Part shown: in pieces, positions 37,999-51,321 of the stretch
Position numbering within the stretch: position 1 is the first letter of the stretch
How the letters are laid out: every line of letters begins with the position of its first letter
Source: Marsupella aquatica
Lineage: Eukaryota; Plantae; Marchantiophyta
DNA length: 64,000 nucleotides
Assembly: GCA_973895155.1 (NCBI GenBank)
Contig: OZ316894.1
Span: 15,492,699-15,556,698 of the forward strand
Direction: 5' to 3'
The notes under the pieces: model-generated
Seen by the model: only the letters and a program-made list of their open reading frames with translations
Told to the model about the DNA's origin: nothing
The model's database searches: none
Made by a program: the position numbers and the translations under genes

Positions 37999-38003
37999 AT
38001 ATG

Positions 38004-38433
38004 TTGACTCCACCTATTGTTAGTGGTGAGACATGGCATGTAGCAACAGCGAGGTTGATAGATTTACCAACACATCATACATTTGAAAGAACTAGGTTTA
38101 AACCTAGTGTTGTGTCATTGGATAATTGGGGTGGTATCTTCCAATTAATTGGGCCTACTGGAGCAATATACCTACCAAAGAGAGTGTTATTGGATATTGG
38201 TGCTCATCCCTTGATGTTGGGAAAGTTGGCAATATAGGGATTATGATTGCGTTCAGATAATTTGGAGGATTGCCCCTTTCCCATTTAGACTTCATTGGGG
38301 GGACGTAACCCACACAACATATCACCAGGCGCCCGCTTGACTTGAGGATTCAGGAAGATCATGCAAAAGATAGCTCACACATACGATCGCAAGCTATTGT
38401 GACTAAGGCTAAATCATATGACGTGTTGGTGGG
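38004..38433 (+). pseudogene. pol: D1 aspartic protease
   Basis: RVLLDIGAHPLMLG and SYDVLVG, homologous to D2 LLDTGAQPLMLG. Confidence 0.85.
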
Positions 38434-40843
38434 TGTCACGCGATTGACATGGGTTTTAACACCAAAAACGTCACTATGGGTGCCAAAACCATCTCCTTGT
38501 ACCTGAGGATCATGAAGGGATGTTGTGAAGGCCTGTAAACACCATTTTATGCCCTTAACACCAGACTATCATAGCAAGACTCCGTCACACATCACCCAAG
38601 CTTAATCCCTAAGAACCAAGGTTGGGAATCAGATCCAGTGCTCATGATAGTTCTGGTGAGAAGGGGTCTTCATATCGGGCCCGTACACACAGGGCCTAGC
38701 GCTATGGTGCGCATATGTCTATACTTATGCTTACTATCATAGATATATTTCTATTCCACCACCGGAATGTACCCATAAACCAGTGACTCCTGACTGATTT
38801 CCGGCTTAGGGACTTCTAAGCCATTGCCCCACCACTCTGCCATTCCACTCTCAGCAATCAGAGCTGTGACAGCCCTCACCCAACCCACTTCAATGCACCC
38901 AGTACACCTCTCAGTGGCACTGCTAGTCCCATCATACACTCAGATTGCCTCACACACACACACATCCATGAGAGAAATGAGGCCTGAGAGGAAAACTCAA
39001 TTAGATTCAAAGATGTGCACAATAATTCACTGAGAACACTTGATCGAAAAATAGGCCCAAAGGCTGTCTCCTCCAGATTGTGACGTGCTTGCCCTGCAAG
39101 CCCCATGCTTGCCATGTAAGCTCAATCCTGAACCTAAGCCCGGCTCACTCCAGATTGCGACGATAGATTGGACTCGAACCAATCCCGTACTTGCATTGCA
39201 AACTCAATCCTGAACTCAACCTCCTTCACTGCACTTCATTCTTGGGGGCACGTACAGATCTCACACCTCCATTCAGAACGTCAAGTTACGCATGCACAGT
39301 TGACTCAACTTCAAAACTGGTACCAGGCCTAACGACGATCTATCCTAGACTGCAATGAGGCCCGGCCTCACGCTTGCCCTGCAAGCTCAGCTCTGGCCAT
39401 AAATCCCTTAGTGCTCTCTACCAGACAAAGGCCGGGACTCCCCATGGATCACGTAGCCTTGCCAGACTAAACTGTAAATGCTCCTCCTGTTGCCCCTCAA
39501 TCAGTGTCTCAGCCTTCCTAATGTGCTCACCGCAAATCACATTGAAATCCTCCCCACAATTTATAATCACCAACACATCACCTATCACCCAGGCTCTGTA
39601 TCGGGGGAAAAGAACCCAGTTGTGTTGCCTACTAGAACGAGCCACAATCCAGCTTGCAAACCTGGCCAACTGTTGCTGTGAAGCGTGGCTGATTACTCCC
39701 TGAGTAATAGCACAACCAAGCTCTCCCCAACACACAGCTTCCAAGCCCAGCCTTCCTTGCACAGAGCTCCTCCCTGTTGCTCAATCCACGTGAGATCACA
39801 CAATTGAAGTTCCCCCCTGCCTCTACCGGGGGGCTGCTCTATATACTCTCATACTGAGCCCAAATGGGTGGATACTACGCTGCTGGAGCCCCATCCCAGC
39901 CCTAACAGAGCCGCCACTATCTCTAACTACTGAACCCTAACTCGCAACTTTATTTCTATCTCGAATTGGCTATGTAGTTCAGATTTGGCCCTCCTCCATG
40001 GTTTTCGTGAGCTTGCACCTCCTCTCCCGATTTCTCTATTGAACCATTTGCTACGTGGATAGCAGCATTGGAAGCGTCTTGAACTCCTCTTTCCAACGAG
40101 GTTAATTATAGCCGATTTGGTCAAATACACAGAGAGTTATGCCCTCGCAACCGAGAGAGGGTACTCACTGCTGCGCTAACCCGAGTTACATAGCTAACCC
40201 GAGTTTGGCTAACCTAGCTATCCTATCTAACCCGAGTAGAGCTAACCCATGGTCTCGGGTTAGACCGCTACCCGCTATTTGCTAACCTAGGCTAAGCTGA
40301 GCCCGAACCCGAATTTACTTATGCTAACCCATGCCCGAGTTTAGGCTAACCCGAGTTCAGTCTAACCCGGGATAATCTAATCCGAACCCGGGTTAAGCCT
40401 AAGCTGAAGCTGTGCTTACTTGAACTAAGCTGCCGTGCTTACCGGAGATAAGCTGAAGCTGTGCTTACCTAAGCTAAGCCGTGGCCGAGCTTGGATTAAC
40501 CCGAAACTGAAGCCGAACTTGCTAATTTCGGCCACAAGTTAACCAGTTACACTAATCAGGCTGTATCTTCCTTAATACACCTTTGTTTCCCGAGTGTTTT
40601 ATATCGATTTTACTCGCCTTGACCAGATCTTTCCAATGCTCTTTACAGATCCAGATTTGGTGACATATTGAAAGAGATATGGTCACCGACCACCCGCGAC
40701 ATAGCTTTTATTTCCCTACTCTTAACGCCATGATTGCCCTTATTCTTGCCATCTTGCTAATTGTTATGCAATTTCAATAGCTACTCCTTGCATACAGCAG
40801 CCTAGTTAATCAGATTACAAAATAAGGACCATGTCATCGACGT

Positions 40844-41997
40844 TGTCCGGGTGACCGTGTTTTCTGGCAAGAGCATGTTGGCTCTTTTGAAGTTAACCTT
40901 GCATGCTCATAAGTTCTACACTAAAATCAAAATGATAATTCTAGTTACAAGGGTAGTGGGTATTAAGAAAGGTTAAGGTGAAACTAAAATACTGTTAAAC
41001 CCTACTTCACCATACTTGCGGACCAATACATCACAAAAATTAGTTTTCTTACGACATATGATCCTAATATCTCCAAGAGAAAATGAAACAGGAATATCAT
41101 CTGGACTCCTATTCAGATCCATGACTTCAATAAAGGACAAAGATGATGCACTCCCACTCCTTTCGGTACGACACCACTGGGTATATTATTGGCTCGTTAG
41201 AACCATAACAGCAGTTGCAAACTGAGCTCCAAAATGATAGATTAGATGTTGCCTCATAGATGGTTTGTCTAAAAGATGGACTCTAATCAAAAACGGATTA
41301 CGAAGGGGAAGATCAGGGATAACTCTCTCTCCTGGATTCATGATGGCTCTCCTATTCCTTTGCTATCCGGGCCAAAGGACGCCCCACCTCTATATTCCCA
41401 AAGAAACCTTATTCCCTAAGGTCCCATCTATAAGTCTACCACTCATTCATTTGCTATCCGGGCCAAAGGACGCCCCACTACTATGTTCAAGGCACAAAAG
41501 AGCTTCACAACCTTGAATGATAAACACTGTGGAATGAGGGGAGAGTGCCCCTCACTTTATTTATAGTGCACACCAAGAGGGCATGGATCAAGCCCAAGCA
41601 CTTGGATGAAGGCCAAGTGTCAAACATCTAATACCTAAGAGTGTGCTAGTACTGTTCATAGTTCGTGAAACTACTTTTAGAAGGTGGAACTACCATGCGT
41701 TGGTGGAACTACTATGCGTTGGTGGACCTACTATGCGTTGGTGGACCTACTGTGCGTTGGTAGAACTACTATGCGCTGGTGGACCTACTGTGCGTTGGTA
41801 GAACTACTATGCGTTGGTGAATATTATTGTAGTTAGTGGAACTACTCATATGCATTGGTGGAACTACTGTAGTATGTTAATATAACTAAAGAAGTTTAAT
41901 AAAGTTTAAATTTAATAATCTAACTACTAAATTACTTATATAATCTATAGCATATTAAAACAAACAATTTTTTATAACTTAAGAGAAAATCACGACA
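40844..41997 (-). repeat. 3' LTR of element C (1154 bp)
   Basis: Direct repeat of 48136-49180. Contains a 20-bp tandem array TGCGTTGGTGGAACTACTA at ~41685-41870. Confidence 0.95.
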
Positions 41998-42050
41998 CAT
42001 CACCCCTACCAAACCTGTGCATCCTCCGGTATGCACCACACCTAGAATCG

Positions 42051-45000
42051 CTACATGTCTTCTTCATCTAAAGCCTCATAGTCGTCGGGTTCAAACTCTT
42101 CCTCTGTCACAAATCGAGTTCGTCGTTTAAACAATTTCACTCGCTTCCCTACATAGGGATTGCGATGAATTGCTCCATCAAGTTCTCTTACCACATATGT
42201 TGCATTAGGACAAACCTCCTCCACCACAAATGGTCCTCTCCAACGACGTGCAAACTTCTTCAGAGTAGAATGTTGTTGTTCCAACCCTCCCTCATAGATC
42301 AAGACCCAATCTCCATTCTGGATGGGAATTGGTCTCAAACGATGGGTCTTGTCAAATCGTTCCTTATTCTTCTCACGAGCCTCCTTTAGCCTTAGTAACG
42401 CCTCCTCAATCTTCTCCTTGGTCTGGCTAAAGTGCTCAATCCTTCGCTCCAGCAACTTTTCTCGAGAGATTCTATCTTGCCATTCAATCATCCTCCAACT
42501 CTGAACGTTTTCCTCAATCGGCATCAAAGGCAAATGTCCAGAGACTAATTCGGCAGGCGTAATTCCTGTTGTGGTAGTGCATGTCATTCGATCTGCAAAA
42601 ATAGCAAATGGTAGAAGATTGGGCCAAAGCGATGGTTTTCCTCGACAAGATTTCACCAAGGCATTCACTATCGGTGGGTGCCCTCGCTCAATCTTTCCAT
42701 TTCCTTCTGGGTTGTAGGCAGTAGTGAGTTTGAGCTTGATGTTGAACCGGTTGAAAAATTCTGCAACCTCTTCAGAATTCAGCTCTCCTCTATCTGCTCT
42801 CATTTGCACAAAACAACCATGACGTGTTATAACGTCTTCAAGTATGAACCTGCATACTGCTTCTGTAGTGTTAGAGGTTAAAGCCCTTCCTTCAACATAA
42901 GAAGATAAATCTTCTCTTGCAAGGATAAGGTACTTTGCCCCCTAATTCCCCATGGCATGTGCACCACATCTACTGCCCACTGAAAATGTAAAGAAAGAGG
43001 ACTAATGGGATTAAGTCCATCTCTAAACCGAACTTTAGAGTAATACTGACAACTCTCACAAGATCCAACATAGGATTTTACATCCACATACATGCCTGAC
43101 CACCAGTACTACCTTTGAACCCGCTCATAGGTAGCTCTAACTCCTCGATGTCCTACTTCAACAGCATCATGAGAATTCCATAAGACTCTCTTCTTCTCTT
43201 CATCTGTATCAAGAACTCTACAAGGAACATGTCCTTTCTTCAAAGACCTTCTCCATAAAACATCATCCTTGAGCATGAACTTGTAAGCCTTCTTCTGTAA
43301 TTGTTGAAACTTCTCTTCTATCATTTCAACAGGCCTTTGAAGAGTACTAAGGTACCTTCCAATCAAGAGCAACTCTCCAGAATAGAGCTCCTCTCGAAAT
43401 GTTAAGACCTCAAACTCTTCATTCATCACTTGAACTGCCTCCACTTCATTCTGATCATAGTGGGCTCTTGAAAGCATATCTGCTACTAGATTATCTTTTC
43501 CAGCAATGTGTCGAAGCTCGGGGTTGATCATCCTAATAAAAGCTATCCAACGTAGCATAGCAATGTCTGGAGTATCACAGTTAGCAATCATCCCTAAAAG
43601 TGGTAAACAATCAGTCTCAAGAATGACTTGTGCTCCAATCAAGTAGACTTTTTCTTGACACAAGGCTATCCTTGCTCCCTACAACTCTTGCTTGATTTGA
43701 GGGTAATGCCTTTGCCTTGCTGAAAAGATCTTAGCTCCAAACCTTGCTGCAAATCTTCTCCCCTCCTCATCATCCTGCCCTACCGCCCATCCAGCAACAT
43801 CAGGACTTGAATCTACAGTGACAATGATGGGTCTTCCATCATAGCATAAGGGACGTAAAACAAGGGGGCTAAGTAAGGCCTCTTTTAACCTTTGCATAGC
43901 CTCCTTATGTGCCTCTGTCCAAACAAAGTGCACATTCTTCCTCAATAATCCGTACAAAGGATCAGCAATATGTGCAAAGTGAGGAATCCAAATCCTATAG
44001 AACAAGCAAGCGCCAAGGAACCTTCGCACCTCCGAAGTTGTCCTACAATCTTTCATCTGATTGATTGCATCTACTTTTCCTCCATTTAGCTTCCTCCCAT
44101 CAACTCCACAAATTTGTCCTACAATTAGGACTTCACGAAGCCCAAATGAAGATTTCTCACCAGAAAGAGTGAGCCCAACCTCAATCAACCTCTTCAAGAT
44201 TGCTTTCACATCTTGAATGTGCTCCCATACAAATTGTCGCAAGCCATCTTCACGTATAGTCTCATCTTTCTGTCTCCAAGCATCCCTTGATTGGCATATC
44301 ATCAAGGAATGGCTGTGTCTTCTCTGGAATGAAACAGTGTAATACCTTATTCATGGCATTCTGCATGTGAGCCACCGAGTTGGTTGCCCCTTGAGGCAAG
44401 GTACACATGCGAAGTAGCCCCAAAGGTGTCCTCATAGTGGTGATATCTCTACTACTCTAAGCCAACTGAAACTGATCATAGCCTAAATAGAGGTCATCAC
44501 ATGAATAGATGGCTCTACCAGCAAATTCTTTCGCAAACTCATCTACTATAGGTCCTATTCCAGTATTGCGAATAGTAACCTTGTTAGGTGGTTGCATGTC
44601 CTAAATAAATCTAAGTTTACCATTTTTCTTACGAATGGTAAACCAACGATTAGAATAAGGTGCATCTGTTCTTTCTAAAATCCTAGTGGAAAGCTTCTCC
44701 TTTAATAGATCAATAAGTTTAGGTAACAAAGCCTTGGGCATTGGAATGGGTTTCAAGTCCCAAGGAACATGCGGGACAGTGAAAATTACCATAGGAGTAA
44801 CAACACTAGGATTCACACATCCCATCTCTTCAGGACAAAAGGCAAAAGCCTTACCATGATCACCAATCATTTGCTGAAACTCTTCTCTCTCTTCTTTTGT
44901 CAGCAACCCATCATCACCAATCCTTAGTTGATTAAGGGTCTCCTTCGTGAATTTGTGGCCAATCTTAGTCCGATCTCTAAGACTGGTCTCTTTACCTGCC

Positions 45001-47989
45001 TTCTCCAAAATCTCCCTAGCATCCAAAGGTAAAGGAATTGCTGCTGGTCTCACTTTCTTCTCCACTGTTTTGTACTTGGTGTTGACCTCAACAAATTGAG
45101 ACAACTCGCCATACAGCTCATGATTGATTTCCATATGAGCTTTCCCCTCTGAAAGACCTTCAATTATTTCTTTCAAAGACACTTCTACTCCTTCTTCATC
45201 TAGAAGGCCTTCAATCTCTTCACTTTTCTCTAGCAATCCATGTATTTGCATAGTATCCTCAATCCTTGCAATTTTCTTTTTGAATTTTTTAGTAGCTTCA
45301 CACACTTTCACATAAGAAATTCGACAATGCAAGCTTTCACCTTCAAATGAGCTTGCCAACAAACTATTCACATTCCAAGTCACCAGCGGGTCATTGGCGA
45401 TGGCGCCCCGCCTTCCCGCATTGCTTAACGAGACGCCTTTCATAAATCCTCATTTCCCTCCTTGGGTTCAGGTCCTCTCAACTCCTTCCGATTCCTCCAA
45501 TGTCCAGGTTTCACTACAGGAAATTGGATAACCCGCAATTCATCCCGACTCCTTACCTTTGTCATATGAGTGCCATCTGGTAGGACCTTGTACTCCATTC
45601 GAGCTTGAGTAATGTAAGGCTGCCCTAGAATGAGATCATAGGGCAAGCTATCATGCACAAAGATGTTAGTTGGTTCTATCACATGGCCAACCTTCACTGA
45701 TACTCCAGGGCATCCTCCCCAAAGTATATTCTTTGAACGATTGATTGAGTTGACAGACCATTGAGTATCACAATCAATCATCCATTGCCCAAGATCATAG
45801 ATGCTTCTTGACATTAGATTCACCTCAGATCCTGTGTCAATCAATGCTCGAGCTTTGCCCTCCATTCCTCCAAGCTCTACCTCCACAACTGAGCAAGTTC
45901 TTGCCCAAAACGGCTCCAAGATGGACTCCTTGTCGTCTCCTGAATCAGGATTCTTCATAGCTGAAGCACACATGATCCACACACTTTGTGAGGCCTTGAG
46001 CACCTCTTCACAACTAATTTTTGCCATATCCTGGGTCACTGCAAATCCTGTTGTTGCTTTCGCCAATGGTTTCCACCTCTCCAATACCTCAACTCCTGAC
46101 ATATTTGGTTCAGGAACTTCCTTTGTTGAAGACCCTAGCATCTGTGGTCTAGGGATCTTCTCCGCATTCACTTGATACACTTCACACTCCACACTGGCTT
46201 GAGAAACAATTGAACCTTCTCCATCTTCATCAACATCAGAAAAAACCTCCATTCCCAAGGCATGAGGTCCTTCCTTGTAAAATTGTTTTCGTTTCACCTT
46301 TGCAAGTAATGCATCTTAAGCCTTGGAGTTCATGCAAGCAAAAAACTCCTCATTGGTGACTCCGCTCACCTCCGCTTTCCAAAACTTCTCAGCAACTTGA
46401 TCATACGCAATGTGCTGCTCAACATCTCTTCCAAGGACCCAACCAGGTCCTTTCTTTTCCACCTTCTCTTTTTTTACCACTTCCATCTCCTTTGAGGATG
46501 AAGGAGTCAAAGTAGGCTCCTTTGTTGTACTTCCTCTATCTTCAAATCGAACACTCCTCCTTGTTGGGACTCTTGATGATGGCTGCAAAATAGAGGGTCC
46601 AGGCTCAACCTTTTGTTTTCCTTTGGCACATTCTTCCAAAGGTTCCGACGACTTTCGTTTCTCCTCTACCATAGAATCCCATAGAGATCCCACTTCTGCA
46701 GTGAAAGAAGAGATCAACACTGGATTACTCCAACCTGACTTCCTCTTTACAAACTCTGGTAGTCTCTTCTTGTCTGTCTCTGTTGACGAAGAACTTCCAA
46801 AGAGGGTGTAAACATCTGCTTCATGCTCATCCTGATCTCCAAAAGTTACTGCAATGGCTGAAGTATGATGTTCAGTCATTCTTCTCTCCACCAACACCTT
46901 CATACCGCCTTTGTTTGTGTTTACTGGAATAAGCTCTCCTGAATCATGATAAGCAAGCTTTCTTATGCCATCATGATCAATGAACTTGACTATTCTCTCT
47001 CTCAGAGCAACAGAAAGCTCCCCACATTCATGCCTTGAGTGCTCCTTACTATCACACCAAATACAATTCCAACTCCTTGCTCCGCCAATGGAACTCCCGG
47101 CTCCTGGACCACCTCTTGAAGCTGGTCTTGATGCACCTCCTCCCATCTGCTCGAAGGCTTGGGTGGCAAGAATGGTAAGATTTTTCATGAGTTCAGATAA
47201 CTCATCCATTTTGTCCATGCTTTTCTCACCCCTACCAGTTGTTGACTCTATTTTTTCCATTCTCCTCATACAAGTCACAGGTGCAACCGCATGTACAGCA
47301 CCTTCATGACTCAGCTTCTTTCTTTTATGCTTTTGGCTGACCCTAAGCACAGCAATCTCAATCTCCTTCCAAGTTGGTGGACTGGCTCCACGACTTGGGT
47401 TCATCAATTCCAGAGCAAGCTCCAACTCGTCTTGAAGCTTCTCATCAGCAGCTCAGATAAGTAAAGTAGCCTTCTGTACCTTGATAACTTCAGAACCAAT
47501 CTCAGGAAGCTGATTAAACTTCTTCGTAAACTCCCTTATCAGTTCTTGAGGTCCCAACTTCTTGCTTCTATCGGCCACCCAATCAAGGAAAGATGCTTGA
47601 GTAACCCGATTTGGATCTTCAAGCTGAAATTCTTCTTTCATCTTCAACTCAAAGACCTTCCATGGTTTCTCCCCAGTAGCTCTATCTATCAAGGTAGTAA
47701 CAATTCCCTTGAGTTCAGGTTCCACTAAAGATACAAACTCCTTGACTGCAACTTCTGCATCAATCTTATGAATTGTAGCCTTCGTCCAGTACCCCTTGAG
47801 ATACTTGGTTGCATTTTGCCCATCAAATTCTCCTTGCTTGGTAAGAACCGAGTGTAGGTACTTCGTGGTCCTACCAAGCAACTCCTTCTTCTTGTTCTCC
47901 TCCATCTCCTTCTTCTTCATTCCATGTAAGTAAGCAGCAATCAAGGATGAAAACCTCTCCATGTCAGTTGGATTCATCTCAGTTCCCAT
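42051..47989 (-). pseudogene. gag-pol: Element C gag-pol
   Basis: FDGQNATKYL and CIWCDSKEHSRHEC (gag), LIDTGSEVNLM (PR), YSNRWF and PFLDDMPIKG (RT), VTVDSS and ETDC (RH), GHRG..CESC, ADRGEL and RWRGPF (INT). Confidence 0.95.
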
Positions 47990-48113
47990 GATTACAATTC
48001 TTCCCTCTTGACTTAATAATATAAACAAGTTAAGAACTCAAAGTTCTAGAATCATATTTCTCTTCATCCATTAGAACTCAAACATGCACAAGCTAACTTC
48101 CAAATCCAGCGGT

Positions 48114-48131
48114 TCCCCAATATGATCGCCA
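48114..48131 (-). promoter_or_regulatory. Primer-binding site of C (TGGCGATCATATTGGGGA; possibly tRNA-Arg type)
   Basis: TGG-initiated 18-mer 4 nt from the 5' LTR. The tRNA identity is a tentative inference. Confidence 0.7.
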
Positions 48132-48135
48132 GTTA

Positions 48136-49180
48136 TGTCCGGGTGACCGTATTTTCTGGCAAGAGCTTGTTGACTCTTTTGAAGTTAACCTTGCATGCTC
48201 ATAAGTTCTACACTAAAATCAAAATGATAATTCTAGTAACAAGGGTAGTGGGTATTAAGAAAGGTTAAGGTGAAACTAAAATACTGTTAAACCCTACTTC
48301 ACCATACTTGCGGACCAACACATCACGAAAATTAGTTTTCTTACGACATATGATCCTAATATCTCCAAGAGAAAATGAAACAGGAATATCATCCGAACTC
48401 CTATTCAGATCCATGACTTCAATAAAGGACAAAGATGATGCACTCCCACTCCTCTCGGTACGACACCACTGGGTATATTATTGGCTCGTTAGAAACCATA
48501 ACAGCAGTTGCAAACTGAGCTCTAAAATGATAGGTTAGATGTTACCTCATAGATAATTTGTCTAAAAGATGGACTCTAATCAAAAACGGATTACGAAGGG
48601 GAAGATTAGGGATAACTTTCTCTCCTGGATTCATGATGGCTCTCCTATTCCTTTGCTATCCGGGCCAAAGGACGCCCCACTACTATGTTCAAGGCACAAA
48701 AGAGCTTCACAACCTTGAATGATAAACACTGCGGAATGAGGGGAGAGTGTCCCTCACCACTTTATTTATAGTGCACACCAAGAGGGCATGGATCAAGCCC
48801 AAGCACTTGGATGAAGGCCAAGTGTCAAACATCTAATACCTAAGAGTGTGCTAGTACTGTTCATAGTTGGTGAAACTACTTTTAGAAGGTGGAACTACCA
48901 TGCGTTGGTGGAACTACTATGCGTTGGTGGACCTACAATGCGTTGGTGGACCTACTGTGCGTTGGTAGAACTACTATGCGCTGGTGGACCTACTGTGCGT
49001 TGGTAGAACTACTATGCGTTGGTGAATATTATTGTAGTTGGTGGAACTACTATAGTCCGTTAATATAGCTAAAGAAGTTTAATAAAGTTTAAATTTAATA
49101 ATCTAACTACTAAATTACTTATATAATCTATAGCATATTAAAACAAACAATTTTTTATAACTCAAGAGAAAATCACGACA
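48136..49180 (-). repeat. 5' LTR of element C (1045 bp)
   Basis: Matches 40844-41997 apart from an ~90-bp indel and array length. Confidence 0.95.
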
Positions 49181-49239
49181 ACGTCACATATCCCCCTACT
49201 TAACTGTGAAGCGTCCCGCTTCACACAACATCTTGGGTT

Positions 49240-49735
49240 AGGTCATGGATTGGACCTGCTATGGTATTGGATGCTTCATGTGTATTGGATGCTGCATGTG
49301 TGGGTTGCTGTGCACATTGTCCACGCTTGTGGTGGACTAATTTGTTACCATGTGAGGTGTTGAAGCAAGCATTTGATAACATCCCTCGCTCAACAGCCTT
49401 GGTGGTGGATGATATTTTGGATCCAGGACATCATGCCCAAGGTGTGACCCAACCTGATAGACCTCCATTGGCAATGGTCAATGTAGTTGGGCGTCCATGT
49501 TAAGCATTACCTACTTTTGTGAACCATTCTGTTTCATATGCTTTCCCAGCAGGTGGCCATGAACTTGTATGGGATACAACTCTACAGCAATTGGTGGAGC
49601 TTCCTGCTGATGAAAGAGAGTGTGCTATGGGATTGTTGACAGGCACCACTACGGTTGCCTTGGTGTTAGAAAGTTCACGTCGCCAAGTTCTTGGTCAAGC
49701 AATGGATTTGAATTGCTTGACTTGGATTATGAGCT
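49240..49735 (+). pseudogene. D1 C5 DNA methyltransferase, C-terminal half (motifs VIII-X)
   Basis: LDAACVGCCAHCPRLWWTNL and LPADERECAMGLLTGTT...RRQVLGQAMDL, homologous to 60895-61380. Confidence 0.85.
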
Positions 49736-49984
49736 TGCATGGGAGTAGCCGAACAATTGCAGATACATTCAATCTGTTGGTATTATTGATTGTCCATTGG
49801 TGAGCTTGCAGCCTACTGGGACGGTAGCAACCATAGTTAAGGGCGAGCAAATGGTCCATGGACCTATGGCAGGATTGGCCAAGGCTGGACAGATTGTTGA
49901 GCAGATTGGAACTGCTCAAACTATTGCTAAATAGAAATCATCAACTATCTCTTCAACCCCAAAGGATGACATCACAACTTTGAT

Positions 49985-51228
49985 GGAGAGTTGGGAGCCA
50001 CAAATTGGCCCTAAGTTGATGGGGGGAGAGAGACATCGAATGCATCAATTCTTGAAGAGTTACTAGAATTGTTTTGCATTTAGCATGAAGGATTTGGGAA
50101 CATTGAAAGACCCTGGTATTTAGATTGATTTGGCTAGTGATGCACCAATCTTTTCATAGACCATATCGGTACAGTGACATGGAGAGGGCCTTGATTTGGA
50201 GCAGAACCCAAGATTTGTTGGAGGCTAGTTTGGTGGAGATCTCATACGGGGAGTATGCATCTGCCACAATTATGCCAGCCAAGAAGAATGTGCATGGCAA
50301 TTACACAGATAGGCAAATGTGTGATGCTTATTGACCTATTAATCATCAGACAAAATTGATCGATATGCCATGCCCACACTAGAGGAGATCTTTGATGCTA
50401 TGGGGCATGTAAAGGTTTTAGTTCATTGGACCTTGGAGCGGGGTACCATCAATTGCCAATAAGGCATTTTGATAGGTCCAAGACAACATTTTGGGGAATT
50501 GATTTGTAAGGCAAGGATCATTTGTATCACTGGTTGCTCTTACCATTTGGGTTGAAGAATGCACCAGTTGAATTCCATAGAGTCATGGATTGAATCCTTG
50601 CACATTTGGATTTTGTGAGATGTTACATTGATGATATTTTGGTTTATTCTTCTACCATGGAAGAACATCGGAGACACTTGCAGATTGTGTTTGAGAGATT
50701 GAGGGAACATGGTTTGAAGCTCCATCCCGGCAAGTGCAAGTTCTTTCAAGAGAAGATTGAGTATTTGGGCCACACTATCTACCTAGGAGGATTGGGTGTG
50801 CAACAGACTAAGGTGGAGGCCATTACACAGATCCCTCATCCTACTGATGTGAGTAGAGTTTGTGCATTCTTGGGATTGGCAAGCTACTATAGGAGGTATG
50901 TTAAAGGATTTAGCTAGCTTGCTAAACCTTTAATAATACTCACTAAGTTGGATCACGGATGGATTTGGGGTGACAACTAGAAGCATGCTTTCCAAGAGTT
51001 GAAGGAAAGACTGGCGTCAACACTTGTTTTGAGAAAACCCATTTGTTTTGAGAAGACCATTTTAGCTACACACTGATTGGAGTGGAGTAGGACTTGGAGC
51101 AGTGTTGACTCAGAAGGATGATAAGGGGAATGAGTTTGTTGTGGCGTATGCCAGTAGATTAAACAATTCAGCAGAGGCTAAGTATAGCTCTTATGAGGGG
51201 GAGTTTTTGGCAGCAGTGTGGGCCGTGG
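49985..51228 (+). pseudogene. pol: D1 RT and partial RNase H
   Basis: [42 protein letters not shown] and YSSYEGE. Confidence 0.92.
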
Positions 51229-51321
51229 AAGGATCATGTGCGGAACTCTGCAGCATGTCATTTTCCAAACATTGATGGTACAATGGATCCAAGCTTGGCA
51301 CATGTTCATGCTGGCTTGAAG

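Larger units (their letters stand above)
40844..49180 (-). mobile_element. Full-length Ty3/gypsy element C
   Basis: LTR pair TGTCCG...ACGACA, TSD ACGT (40840-40843 and 49181-49184), PBS, PPT-like CATCACCCCTACC at 41998, and gag-pol on the minus strand. Confidence 0.96.
38434..49235 (-). mobile_element. Family A copy A3: 3' LTR (38434-40843 plus 49185-49188), PPT and ~45 bp of internal sequence; remainder deleted; interrupted by C
   Basis: Colinear with A2. The LTR end CGACGTCACA is split by element C. TATCCCCCTACT at 49189 reads as a PPT on the minus strand. Confidence 0.88.

Noticed and set aside
41359-41478. Extra ~90 bp in the 3' LTR of element C
   Set aside because: It is bounded by a 28-bp direct repeat, so it is a routine slippage or recombination indel between the two LTRs.
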